From: Macrostomum lignano
Taxonomy: Eukaryota
Reading direction: 5' to 3'
DNA: 64,000 bases
Assembly (NCBI GenBank): GCA_002269645.1
Contig: NIVC01001726.1
Span: forward strand, 62,001-126,000
The translations under genes and the position numbers were made by a program. The notes beneath the pieces are model-generated. The model worked only from the letters and a program-made list of their open reading frames with translations, ran no database searches and had not been told where the DNA came from. Position 1 is the stretch's first letter; each line of letters starts with the position of its first letter. Of the stretch, positions 13,350 through 23,730 are shown one piece after another.

Positions 13350-16300
13350 TCAGGGCATCGAGGCCGTGTCCCGAGTAGCATCCGTGCAGCGCTGAGAAGC
13401 AGTTGCTAATGGCGGCGATGCAGAAACCGCTGCGGCGGCTGCTGCAGCAGCGGTTGATGAAGCCGCTTCGAAAGCTTCAGCTTCATTGCACAGCATTTGA
13501 GCAGGAGATCGAGGTGGCGCTTCTTGGCACGGTTGCTCAACGGCTAGCCCGGCCTCGGGTTGCTCAAAGAAATAGTTTGAGTTGATATTTGACACCACAG
13601 TTGTTTCTGTGTTGCTTTTATTCTTGCTTTTATCTGACTTCTTCTGGCTGACTTTCTTTGCCTTCGCCGATTTGTCCGGCTTCTCGGGCTGGTAGTAGTC
13701 AGGGAAGGTAGCAAACATTTCCACTCGGTTGTCGTTGACGTAAATCTCCGTGCAGTTCCTCTTGTACAGTTCGCTGACTGGCTCGTAGATGTCCACCTCC
13801 TCAGCTTCTGCAGGGAGGGTGGCAGGTTGGGGAGGGGTAGCGAGGAGATGCGACTGGCGACGAGATTGGCGATGGAGTTAGCGAGGGAGTTAGTGAGGGA
13901 GTTAGTGAGAGAGTTAGTGAGGGAGTTAGTGAGGGAGTTAGTGAGGGAGTTAGTGAGAGAGTTAGTGAGGGAGTTAGTGAGAGAGTTAGTGAGGGAGTTA
14001 GTGAGAGAGTTAGTGAGGGAGTTAGTGAGGGAGTTAGTGAGAGAGTTAGTGAGGGAGTTAGTGAGGGAGTTAGTGAGGGAGTTAGTGAGGGAGTTAGTGA
14101 GGGAGTTAGTGAGGGAGTTAGTGAGGGAGTTAGTGAGGGAGTTAGTGAGGGAGTTAGTGAGGGAGTTAGTGAGGGAGTTAGTGAGAGAGTTAGTGAGGGA
14201 GTTAGTGAGGGAGTTAGTGAGGGAGTTAGTGAGGGAGTTAGTGAGGGAGTTAGTGAGGGAGTTAGTGAGGGAGTTAGTGAGGGAGTTAGTGAGGGAGTTA
14301 GTGAGGGAGTTAGTGAGGGAGTTTGCGAGGGAGTTAGTGAGGGAGTTAGTGAGGGAGTTAGTGAGAGAGTTAGTGAGGGAGTTAGTGAGGGAGTTAGTGA
14401 GGGAGTTAGTGAGGGAGTTAGTGAGGGAGTTAGTGAGGGAGTTAGTGAGGGAGTTAGTTAGAGAGTTAGTGAGGGAGTTAGTGAGAGAGTTAGTGAGAGA
14501 GTTAGTGAGGGAGTTAGTGAGGGAGTTAGTGAGAGAGTTAGTGAGTGAGTTAGTGAGGGAGTTAGTGAGGGAGTTAGTGAGGGAGTTAGTGAGAGAGTTA
14601 GTGAGAGAGTTAGTGAGGGAGTTAGTGAGGGAGTTAGTGGGGAGATTTATAAGCGAGGGTTTAGCGAGTGACTTTTAGCAGGTAGGGGAAATTATTTTAG
14701 TGAAAATCTACATAGAAATATTCTAAGCCACAAAAAGTTGCATGAGCAGAGCTAGAGAGCTAGACCAGAAACAAAGAGTTAAAAAAGCAACTCCGTGTCT
14801 CACCGTTAGGCACGCCCAGAATCTTGGCCTTGCCAGCGCGTTTGTCGCCGTTGAAGCAGCCGACTGTGTAGCAGAAATCCGCTCGCCGCTCCAGGCCGAG
14901 CCTGGCGAACACGGGCTCGATGATGTCCCTCACGGTGCCGGTGGGCTTCACGAACACCACCATGTTGCTGGACCAGATGTCTTGGAAGGCAAACTTGTAC
15001 TTGTCGTTTGCCTGCGAGACATTGTCGGGGGCGGGGGTTACTTTTGGGTTTCCAGGACCAGGCTGCTGATCCCACATGATTGACAAGCTCCTCGATACCT
15101 GACAAGATCCTCGATACCTGACAAGATCCTCGATACCTGACAAGATCCTCGATACCTGACAAGATCCTCGATACCTGACAAGATCCTCGATACCTGACAA
15201 GATCCTCGATACCTGACAAGATCCTCGATACCTGACAAGATCCTCGATACCTGACAAGATCCTCGATACCTGACAAGATCCTCGATACCTGACAAGATCC
15301 TCGATACCTGACAAGATCCTCGATACCTGACAAGATCCTCGATACCTGACAAGATCCTCGATACCTGACAAGATCCTCGATACCTGACAAGATCCTCGAT
15401 ACCTGACAAGATCCTCGATACCTGACAAGATCCTCGATACCTGACAAGATCCTCGATACCTGACAAGATCCTCGATACCTGACAAGATCCTCGATACCTG
15501 ACAAGATCCTCGATACCTGACAAGATCCTCGATACCTGACAAGATCCTCGATACCTGACAAGATTCTCGATACCTGACAAGATCCTCGATACCTGACAAG
15601 ATCCTCGATACCTGACAAGATCCTCGATACCTGACAAGATCCTCGATACCTGACAAGATCCTCGATACCTGACAAGATCCTCGATACCTGACAAGATCCT
15701 CGATACCTGACAAGATCCTCGATACCTGACAAGATCCTCGATACCTGACAAGATCCTCGATACCTGACAAGATTCTCGATACCTGACAAGATCCTCGATA
15801 CCTGACAAGATCCTCGATACCTGACAAGATCCTCGATACCTGACAAGATCCTCGATACCTGACAAGATCCTCGATACCTGACAAGATCCTCGATACCTGA
15901 CAAGATCCTCGATACCTGACAAGATCCTCGATACCTGACAAGATCCTCGATACCTGACAAGATCCTCGATACCTGACAAGATCCTCGATACCTGACAAGA
16001 TCCTCGATACCTGACAAGCTCTTCGATGCCTGAGAAGATATTCGATACGGTGAGAAGATACTCAATGATTGACAAGATCTTCGATGACTGACAAGATTCT
16101 TAAAGACTGAAAAGATTAACGATGATTGACGAGATACTTGATGACTGACACAAAATCCCCAATCTCTGACACAAGATCCCCAATCACTAAAACATGATCC
16201 ATAAAGACTGAGACGGTCTGAAGCCCACCGCAGATTAACCAACCAGCTTACCTTTGGCATCGTGCCAAGAGCCTTACCGGCGGCCAATTTCTTCATCTTC

Positions 16301-18780
16301 TTCCTGTACGCCAGGTAATCTTTCCACCGCTTCTCGGAGTTGTTCTTCTTGAACCGCACGGAGAAGCGGATGAGATCCGGGTAGACTGGCACCGGTTCCG
16401 CGCCCTTCTTGCCCTTCTTTTTAACTGCTGCGGCCAGGTAGTCCGCTATCTGCTTCTGCCGCTTCACCTGATCGTTATAGGAGATGCCGTAGTCGACATT
16501 GCGCCACCTGTCAATCAAACGCTGAGTCGGATGCTCGTGCGCTTTGATCAGCAAGAAATTGGTCTCAATGCTGTTTTTGTCAACCTCCTTGAGAGCCATG
16601 TTGAGCAGTTTTCGCATGCGCCTGGCGTAGGCAAACGTTTTCTCGTAATCGTCAATCATGCAGCGATCTGAAGGAGAGTTTACTGAGCTTTTTAATGAAA
16701 GAAGATTTTAGGACACCAGCAGCCTCCATCATCACCTTGCTCCTCGATTATTTCCGGTTCCTCAATGTATTCGGTGGACACTTTGCCCTCCTCGATAAGT
16801 TTGGAGGTGTCGATGATCTCCGTGGGGCGGGACATGGAGTTCTTCACCATGGCGTCGGCGCCTGGGAGGCAGCGGTTGAGTTTGCAGTGAGATCGGGTCA
16901 GATTTAGTTTGATTTAATATAATAATGATAACAATAATAATTGATTACACCTGGCCCAATTAGGCCAGGTGTGCAACCGACAGCTCAGCCGCAGCTATTG
17001 CGCGGCGCATCTGAAGGCTGCGTACGGCTGTTCAGTCCAAGGACTGGGGGGTCGCCACACACATCCTCAATTACCCTAGCTAATGCTGGCACCCATTTTA
17101 CAGCTGGGTGAACTGAAGCAATGCAGAGTTAAGTGTCTTGCCTCAAGGACACAAAATGTTACAGTGGGATCGGGAATCGAACCCCCGACCTTCAAGTCGT
17201 GAGTCCGACGCTCTAACCTCTAGGCTGCAACCCACAGTTAGATTTAGTTATAGTAGGAGTTAGACTTAGAAGCATTCAGTCAGCTCACTGATGAAGATGA
17301 GGTGAGATAGGAGATCAAATTGAGGAGGAGGTTGAGAGGCGGATGAGGAGTCCGGCCATCAAGAGAGCTGAGAAAGCAGACAGACAGGCATATGCGATGG
17401 CAACAGTTGAAAAAATGACATGTAATTTAGTAACAATCTTACCTTTTGCAACTGAGCTAGTATTTTCCAAACCTGAAAAAGATAATTAGCAATAATTGTA
17501 AATGATTAATTCTGCTGATCCAGTATTGCTATAACTCACTCCACACAGTCAGGCGAACTCACTAGTTCGGTCTGACAGGTCCGACACGACCTCGTAATCG
17601 GCTGACGCGCTGTTGCTTGAAGGCAGCGCGGGTCCGCTGGCGCCGCCACCCACTGCAGCCCGTCTGGCCTCTCGCTTGCTGTTGTTGGTCTGCAAGTCCA
17701 GCCGAGTCCTCGCGCTCGACCAGCCAGACGACGGCTCGAAAGTCGACATAGTCAACGTAGACGTACCTTCGACGAAATCCAAGGGCGATTGAAACGTGGG
17801 CTCGTCTTGATTTTCGGAAATTTTATCAGCCTCTCTGGCCATCGGCTCGTTCATCCACAGGCCAGAGAGGCCCGTGTACTTTGATGTTGCCGCCTTTGGC
17901 GGCGCGGCGGCGCTGCTGTTTGATGTGGCGGTGGGGGGGGGCTTCGGGTCAGACTGAAATTATAGTAATTATCTCTAGAACTAGAACCGGTATGAAGTTT
18001 ATAATTTAGTTTTACTAGATTGAAAAACTAATAAATACATAGTGTGGTGTCTTAATTTATAGGCCTCACCTTCCTGTCCTCTGGGTCCTTCATTATGCCT
18101 CACCTTCCTGTCCTCTGGGTCCTCCACTATGCCTCACCTTCCTGTCCTCTGGGTCCTTCATTATGCCTCACCTTCCTGTCCTCTGGGTCCTCCACTATGC
18201 CTCACCTTCCTGTCCTCTGGGTCCTCCACTATGCCTCACCTTCCTGTCCTCTGGGTCCTTCACTATGCCTCACCTTCCTGTCCTCTGGGTCCTTCACTAT
18301 GCCTCACCTTCCTGTCCTCTGGGTCCTCCACTATGCCTCACCTTCCTGTCCTTTGGGTCCTCCACAATGCCTCACCTTCCTGTCCTTTGGGTCCTCCACT
18401 ATGCCTCACCTTCCTGTCCTTTGGGTCCTCCACTATGCCTCACCTTCCTGTCCTCTGGGTCCTCCACAATGCCTCACCTTCCTGTCCTATGGGTCCTCCG
18501 CTATGCCTTTCATTTAAGGCACATATTCTTGTCCTCTGGGTCTCGGCTCTGTCCTAACATGGTACTCAGCCAAGCCTCTGAGCTCTCCCAACTGACTGAC
18601 TCACCTAAGAGCAGGCGGTCTGGCCGCAGCCGAAGAACCCAGCCGATCGCAGTTGCGCCTTTTCAGCATGATCCGAGTCAGAGCTGGCGCAGAATTCGGT
18701 TCAGAAATCAAAGCGGCGACTTGTGCTAGCTGTCGGTTATTACGAGTGCTGAAGCCGTCTTCTTGGTCGCGTTGGAGCAT
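13350..18780 (-). CDS. Uncharacterised multi-exon protein with a C-terminal RBD/ubiquitin-like fold; exons (18605-18780 uncertain), 17563-17953, 17443-17472, 16736-16861, 16252-16667, 14804-15062/65, 13350-13807
   Basis: Six downstream exons join in frame through GT-AG introns (phases 1,1,1,0,1). VFVKPTGTVRDIIEPVFARLGL...EVDIYEPVSEL...EIYV resembles Raf-like RBD patterns. The first exon is phase-incompatible unless the G9 run at 17933-17941 is off by one base. Confidence 0.62.
13868..14640. repeat. 12-bp minisatellite (GTGAGGGAGTTA), ~64 copies, intronic
   Basis: Clear 12-nt period. Produces the spurious ELVR-repeat ORF. Confidence 0.97.
15078..16060. repeat. 19-bp minisatellite (GATACCTGACAAGATCCTC), ~50 near-identical copies, intronic
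   Basis: 19-nt period (the ORF track shows a 19-aa period in all three minus frames). Units decay toward 16200. Confidence 0.97.
16915..17233 (-). mobile_element. tRNA-derived SINE with Deu/Nin-type central domain, 3' stem-loop and (ATT)n tail
   Basis: Minus strand: A-box-like CAGCCTAGAGGTTAG, B box GGTTCGATTCC, then TGTGTCCTTGAGGCAAGACACTTAAC...CACCCAGCTGTAAAATGGGT (Deu-domain-like). Perfect 10-bp hairpin 16947-16972. ATT-rich tail. Confidence 0.8.
18061..18545. repeat. 34-bp minisatellite (TATGCCTCACCTTCCTGTCCTCTGGGTCCTCCAC), ~14 copies
   Basis: Clear 34-nt period. Lies within the putative first intron of the minus-strand gene. Confidence 0.95.
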
Positions 18781-19094
18781 GAACTAGTTGGCAAAGTGGC
18801 CTTGTTGCTGGGCGATTACAATTCCAGGCACGAACTGCGCGGCAAGGTGTTTGAGCTCAGTAACTTGCTCAGGCGAGCCGCACAGCGGCGGAGACCCCAG
18901 CACAGGATTTTTAATGGCCAGCACTGGCCATAGACTATGGGGTTTTATTTCAGAGTAAGGTGATACTCGCGCTATTTACTAAAGTGCATTTTGATCAACA
19001 GTCCCCAGACTTTCAGAAAAATGCTGCATGCATTTACAAATAATTGCCTGAATCAGGAAATATAGTCTTGCTAGTGTACTCACAGTGGATGTAA

Positions 19095-20005
19095 TGAGCA
19101 GAATGGACTGATAATCTAGTCTAAATCAGTAAGGAATAAAATGGATTGCTAATCTAGCCTACATCAGTGAAGGAATAGAATGGATTGCTAATCTAGCCTA
19201 CATCAATGAATGAATAGAATGGACTGCTAATCTAGTCTAAATCAGTAAGGAATAGAATGGACTGATAATCTAGCCTAAATCAGTGAAGGAATAGAATGGA
19301 CTGCTAATCTAGCTTACATTAATAATGAAGGAATAGAATGGACTGCTAATCTAGTCTAAATCAGTAAGGAATAGAATGGATTGCTAATCTAGCCTACATC
19401 AGTGAAGGAATAGAATGGATTGCTAATCTAGCCTACATCAATAAATGAGGGAATAGAATGGATTGCTAATCTAGCCTACATCAGTGAAGGAATAGAATGG
19501 ATTGCTAATCTAGCCTACATCAGTGAAGGAATAGAATGGATTGCTAATCTAGCCTACATCAAAAAATGAGGGAATAGAATGGATTGCTAATCTAGCCTAC
19601 ATCAATGAATGAATAGAATGGACTGCTAATCTAGCCTACATTAGTGATGAATGAATAGAATGGATTGCTAATCTAGCCTACATCAATAAATGAGGGAATA
19701 GAATGGATTGCTAATCTAGCCTACATCAGTGAAGGAATAGAATGGATTGCTAATCTAGCCTACATCAGTGAAGGAATAGAATGGATTGCTAATCTAGCCT
19801 ACATCAATGAATGAATAGAATGGATTGCTAATCTAGCCTAAATCAGTGAAGGAATAGAATGGACTGCTAATCTAGCCTACATCAGGGAAGGAATAGAATG
19901 GACTGCTAATCTAGCCTACATCAGGGAAGGAATAGAATGGACTGCTAATCTAGCTTACATCAATACAAAATACAATGGCTTAAAGCAATACAATGGACTG
20001 CTAAT
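19095..20005. repeat. 37-41 bp minisatellite (GAAGGAATAGAATGGATTGCTAATCTAGCCTACATCAGT), ~23 copies; same family as 1137-1830, inverted
   Basis: Core GGAATAGAATGGATTGCTAATCT is the exact reverse complement of the 1137-1830 core. Confidence 0.93.
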
Positions 20006-21254
20006 CTAGCCAACACGGGTGCAATGAGTAGAATATGGCCAAATATGGCAAGGCGGAAACGCGCAGGCAGCGGATTTCCTAATCCTGGAGTGCGCACTGT
20101 ATCGAACAGTATTTGCGCAGGCCGCGGTGCCCCGCATGGAAACAGCGCAAATGAGTAAAAATAGCTCCTGTTTACATCCCTCATTCCACCCCCCGTACGC
20201 TCGTATGCGATTGGTATTTCCGGCCGGCATCCGCGACTTGCACTTTGGCACTGGAAATGCCGGTGTTACACTTTAGACTATCCGGAGTTTTTTGTCTGGC
20301 CCGGATCTCCGAACGCACTTACGATATCCGCCCGGATACTGCCATGCAAGCAAAAAACCTGCTTTGTTTTCTCCTTTCCGGATATCTTGAGCTGCTTTGC
20401 ATTGTCTGGGCACTTTGAGATAGATGTCTCTCCCGGGCTTAGATTCTTTAGATTTTTAGACTGCATCTTATCTGCCCCTCCCAAGCACTCTGAGTCAGTC
20501 CCATTCATCGCTTAATGGTGTCCTTCTGCCCCACGCATTCACATGCGCCTTATCTTGTAAATAGTTTGACCAACTTGCCACCGCAATCTTTATTCACCGC
20601 GGACAATTCAAGACCCAGGACATTTCAAAGCCCAATTGTGTTGTGCCTTGGATTATCCAGGGTAGGTTATCGCAAAGCGACAATAATTTTGCTTTGCGAT
20701 GTCCCCCGGACAAATTAAGACCCCGGTGAACAGTAAAGCCTAACACCGGGTGAAATGCTGCGATCCCAGCAGCCAATCAGATTCGTTTCAGGCAAAACAG
20801 GGAGGAGACAGCAGAGGGAAGTTCCCAACTTTGGAAAGGATCTAGGAAATAGGATATTCTGCGCTTTGAAGCCGATCAGATAATTAATTATCTCCTACTA
20901 AGCCATTATATTCAGTGACTCAATGACTGTTCTGTTCTGCCAGAGCACGCGGGCGCTATGGCAGAATACGGATCTTTATCAATTTATTATTATTTTCAAG
21001 ACGGACAAAGCACCCTCCCCCCCAGCCAACGAAATAGTTAAAACTACGAGTAGAATGCTCAGTGCCCTAACGCAATTCTATGTCTTACTGTTTGTTGGAA
21101 AGAAATTGAGATGCGCTCTGCAATCGTACCTCGGGCTGGGGGTGGGGGGTTGCACAGGTATTGCAGAGCTTGCAGGATCTGAAAAATAGCGAGTGAGAAT
21201 TTTTGTTAGCCAACAAGTACGCAATATTCTATTTTTAGAACGGAAAAAACACGC

Positions 21255-21324
21255 GGGATTCCCAGGGTCTACTCAGTGTATATTGGCCGGCTGAAGTTCC
21301 CTATTTTATTTGTCTCTATAAAAG
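21255..21324 (+). promoter_or_regulatory. Putative TATA-box promoter with adjacent kappaB-like motifs for TNF-like gene C
   Basis: TATAAAAG at 21317-21324, ~95 nt upstream of the ATG. GGGATTCCC at 21255-21263 and GGGAACTTCA (minus) at 21292-21301. A further GGGAAGTTCCC lies at 20816-20826. Confidence 0.45.
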
Positions 21325-21417
21325 AAGCTCAGGCGACCATTAGTTTGTGCCAAGGAGAGTAATTTGCTTTGCAGAGTCAAGTCATCAGGTGAGAATTTCA
21401 ATAACGATTAGCAAAAA

Positions 21418-22309
21418 ATGGCAAAGCAGGGAAGGCACAACCTTGTCCTGGTGCTGGTTGCACTGTTGAGTCTGGGAGCCATCTGCTTCTCTGTGTTCGT
21501 CCTGATCAATTTGAAGCTGCACGAGGGCAGTCTGGAGCATGTAAGCTGCTGGGATCTCTGTCCGATAGTGCACTTTATTGAGTCCTATTAATTACTCGAA
21601 TTTTGTTGCAGAAAAGCATCCACTTGGTAATTGACAAGAAGCAGCTGCATCGTTGCCCGACGCCCAAGAGGAATCTTGTCCCGTGCGAGGCCGGGCCCAA
21701 CGAGTTTAAAACTAAAGGTGAGAGCTCGTAAATAATTCTTCACCGACAGTAGAAATCATAGTTTTTATTTGTTAACAATGCCGCTCTTCAGAAGGAAACC
21801 TGGGCCCGTTGAGGTGCCTGGACGACTATTACGACCAGGAAGGCGGCGTGAACACCTGCGAGACTGCCAGCGATACGTTCCACCTGAACGGCGAGAGCAA
21901 CGCGGTTGTGGTGCAGAAGCCAGGGATTTATCGAATCTATGGACAGGTGAGGATGTTGCCCAGGAGTTTGGGGAGCATGCTGTCAAGATCCCACCGCTCT
22001 GTCATCCACACTAATCAGGAATCTGTTATCATCATCTTGCAGGTGTCATTCAAAGACAGAAGCGACTCCGCGGTTGTTGTGGTGCTGCGGATCAACAATT
22101 ACAACTTTGTGCAGTGCCACCAGCAGAACAGGCAGCCGGCCAGCAGGAACGGCCGACAGGCCAATGCGCCATATACTACTTGCACCGTGAGCGGCGAGCG
22201 GCGGCTGAGGGAGGGCGACCGGGTCGGGTTGTTCATTCCCGAGAGCCTGCGAACGGTCAACTGCTACCGCAAGACCACCTTCTGGGGCATGGTGCGCATG
22301 GCGGACTGA
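21418..22309 (+). CDS. TNF-superfamily ligand C (EDA/Eiger-like, ~216 aa); exons 21418-21540, 21612-21717, 21792-21946, 22043-22309
   Basis: TM anchor LVLVLVALLSLGAICFSVFVLI. TNF homology domain motifs SIHLV, VVVQKPGIYRIYGQ|VSF, YTTCTVSG..RLREGDRV, TTFWGMVRM. Canonical GT-AG introns. AATAAA at 22568. Confidence 0.88.
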
Positions 22310-23374
22310 CTGGCTGAACCAGCAGCTGATGAAAACCATTGAACAGGGACTGAACTAAAGGCTTTATCTGCTTGTTCTTCACCTGAGCATATTGCAGCTA
22401 AGATGTGTAATTACTGCAGTACTACTATGTACACCGCATGTACACCGTACTCATTTACGCGTGCTTCATCAGAAATTATAAGCTAAAAAATCTAATCTGT
22501 ACAAATTCGATTTTTTTGTGTATGAACTTATCTAAGTTTGTGCCAGAACATTTTAGACGTGACTTTAAATAAATAAATATTGTCCTGATTTTCCTGCGGA
22601 CTTGAGACTGTTAGAAATTTTATCAATCAGAATATTATATGCCAAAATATTTTTGCTCAAGCTGCACGTTCAAAATACATGTACGGATCTACTAAAATTC
22701 AGGGTGTTCTCGATCACAGCAGGCCTTACAAGCAGAAGATAAGAAATTGTCCATTAGAAGCCTGAAAACTTGAAACCTTAAGCTTTAATTGAGGCTTCAA
22801 ATAAACTGTAGTGCTTTTTTGGTCTGTTTATTGCAGAGCTGTGCCTCACACTTCTGACTACAAGTAGAAGACAATTGTAAACAGCCGTCAGGAAATATTT
22901 TTTAACATCCGGCTCTTCAAAGCGCTTATTTTTGGCGCACTCTGTGCTTCAAAATAGAATCTAATCTACCTTTTCAGGTGCTCATATCAATGGTCTATTA
23001 TCAACCGTCAGCATGTCTCAGCAGGTATTCGAACATTGTACAATGGGCAAGTAATCTTTTTTTAGACCTGACTCAAGTAACAACAGGGCTGCACACAGAT
23101 AAGTATAGTCCATAGTTGGCTCTTTTAAAACGATAGAAAAGTTCGCTCGAGTATCTTTTAGGGTTTTTCTTTCATTAGAATAGCGGATGAGCTGTGCGAG
23201 TTACTCAGGCACTGTCTGGCATTGGGCATGCACTATCAGTAACTGGCAGGCTCCGGGATGCTAAGGGCTGCTCAGCTCAAGTAGGTAGGGTAAAAACCAT
23301 GAGGATTCTTGATGACTAATGAGATAATAGCATTTTTAATGAGATACTTTATGTAGAAGGATGCTTCTCAATGA

Positions 23375-23730
23375 GATATGAGGATTCTGGATGTGATAAA
23401 TGAGCATTCTCAATGAGATTTATGAGCATTCTCAATGAGATTTATGAGCATTCTCAATGAGATTTATGAGCATTCTCAATGAGATGCATGAGCATTCTCA
23501 ATGAGATTTATGAGCATTCTCAATGAGATGTATGAGCATTCTCAATGAGATGTATGAGCATTCTCAATGAGATATATGAGCATTCTCAATGAGATATATG
23601 AGCATTCTCAATGAGATATATGAGCATTCTCAATGAGATATATGAGCATTCTCAATGAGATATATGAGCATTCTCAATGAGATATATGAGCATTCTCAAT
23701 GAGATACATGTAGACGATTCTCAATGACAT
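23375..23730. repeat. 22-bp minisatellite (TATGAGCATTCTCAATGAGATA), ~15 copies
   Basis: Clear 22-nt period. Confidence 0.93.

Noticed and set aside
13868-14640. Interstitial telomere repeat
   Set aside because: The unit GTGAGGGAGTTA contains TTAG and GGG but not TTAGGG or TTAGG.
13827-16075. Long ORFs with ELVR and SGIEDLVRYRGSCQVSRIL repeats
   Set aside because: They are translations of stop-free intronic minisatellites; flanking GT-AG sites splice them out of a coherent gene.
16915-17040. SINE as partner of the R1/LOA LINE in this window
   Set aside because: No 3' similarity, and tails differ (ATT vs TAAG).
17160-17235. Possible tRNA gene
   Set aside because: The acceptor stem is not closed and it continues into a SINE body and tail; treated as a SINE head.
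17290-17368. Extra exon candidate with AG and GTGAGC boundaries
   Set aside because: In the required phase it contains a stop; the gene is in frame without it.
20000-20500. CCGGAT-rich stretch as a hAT subterminal region
   Set aside because: No TIR pair or TSD could be located.
21947-22042. In-frame 96-nt intron retention in TNF-C (ORF track reads through)
   Set aside because: Retention would insert 32 aa into the conserved GQ|VSF strand; canonical splice sites are present.
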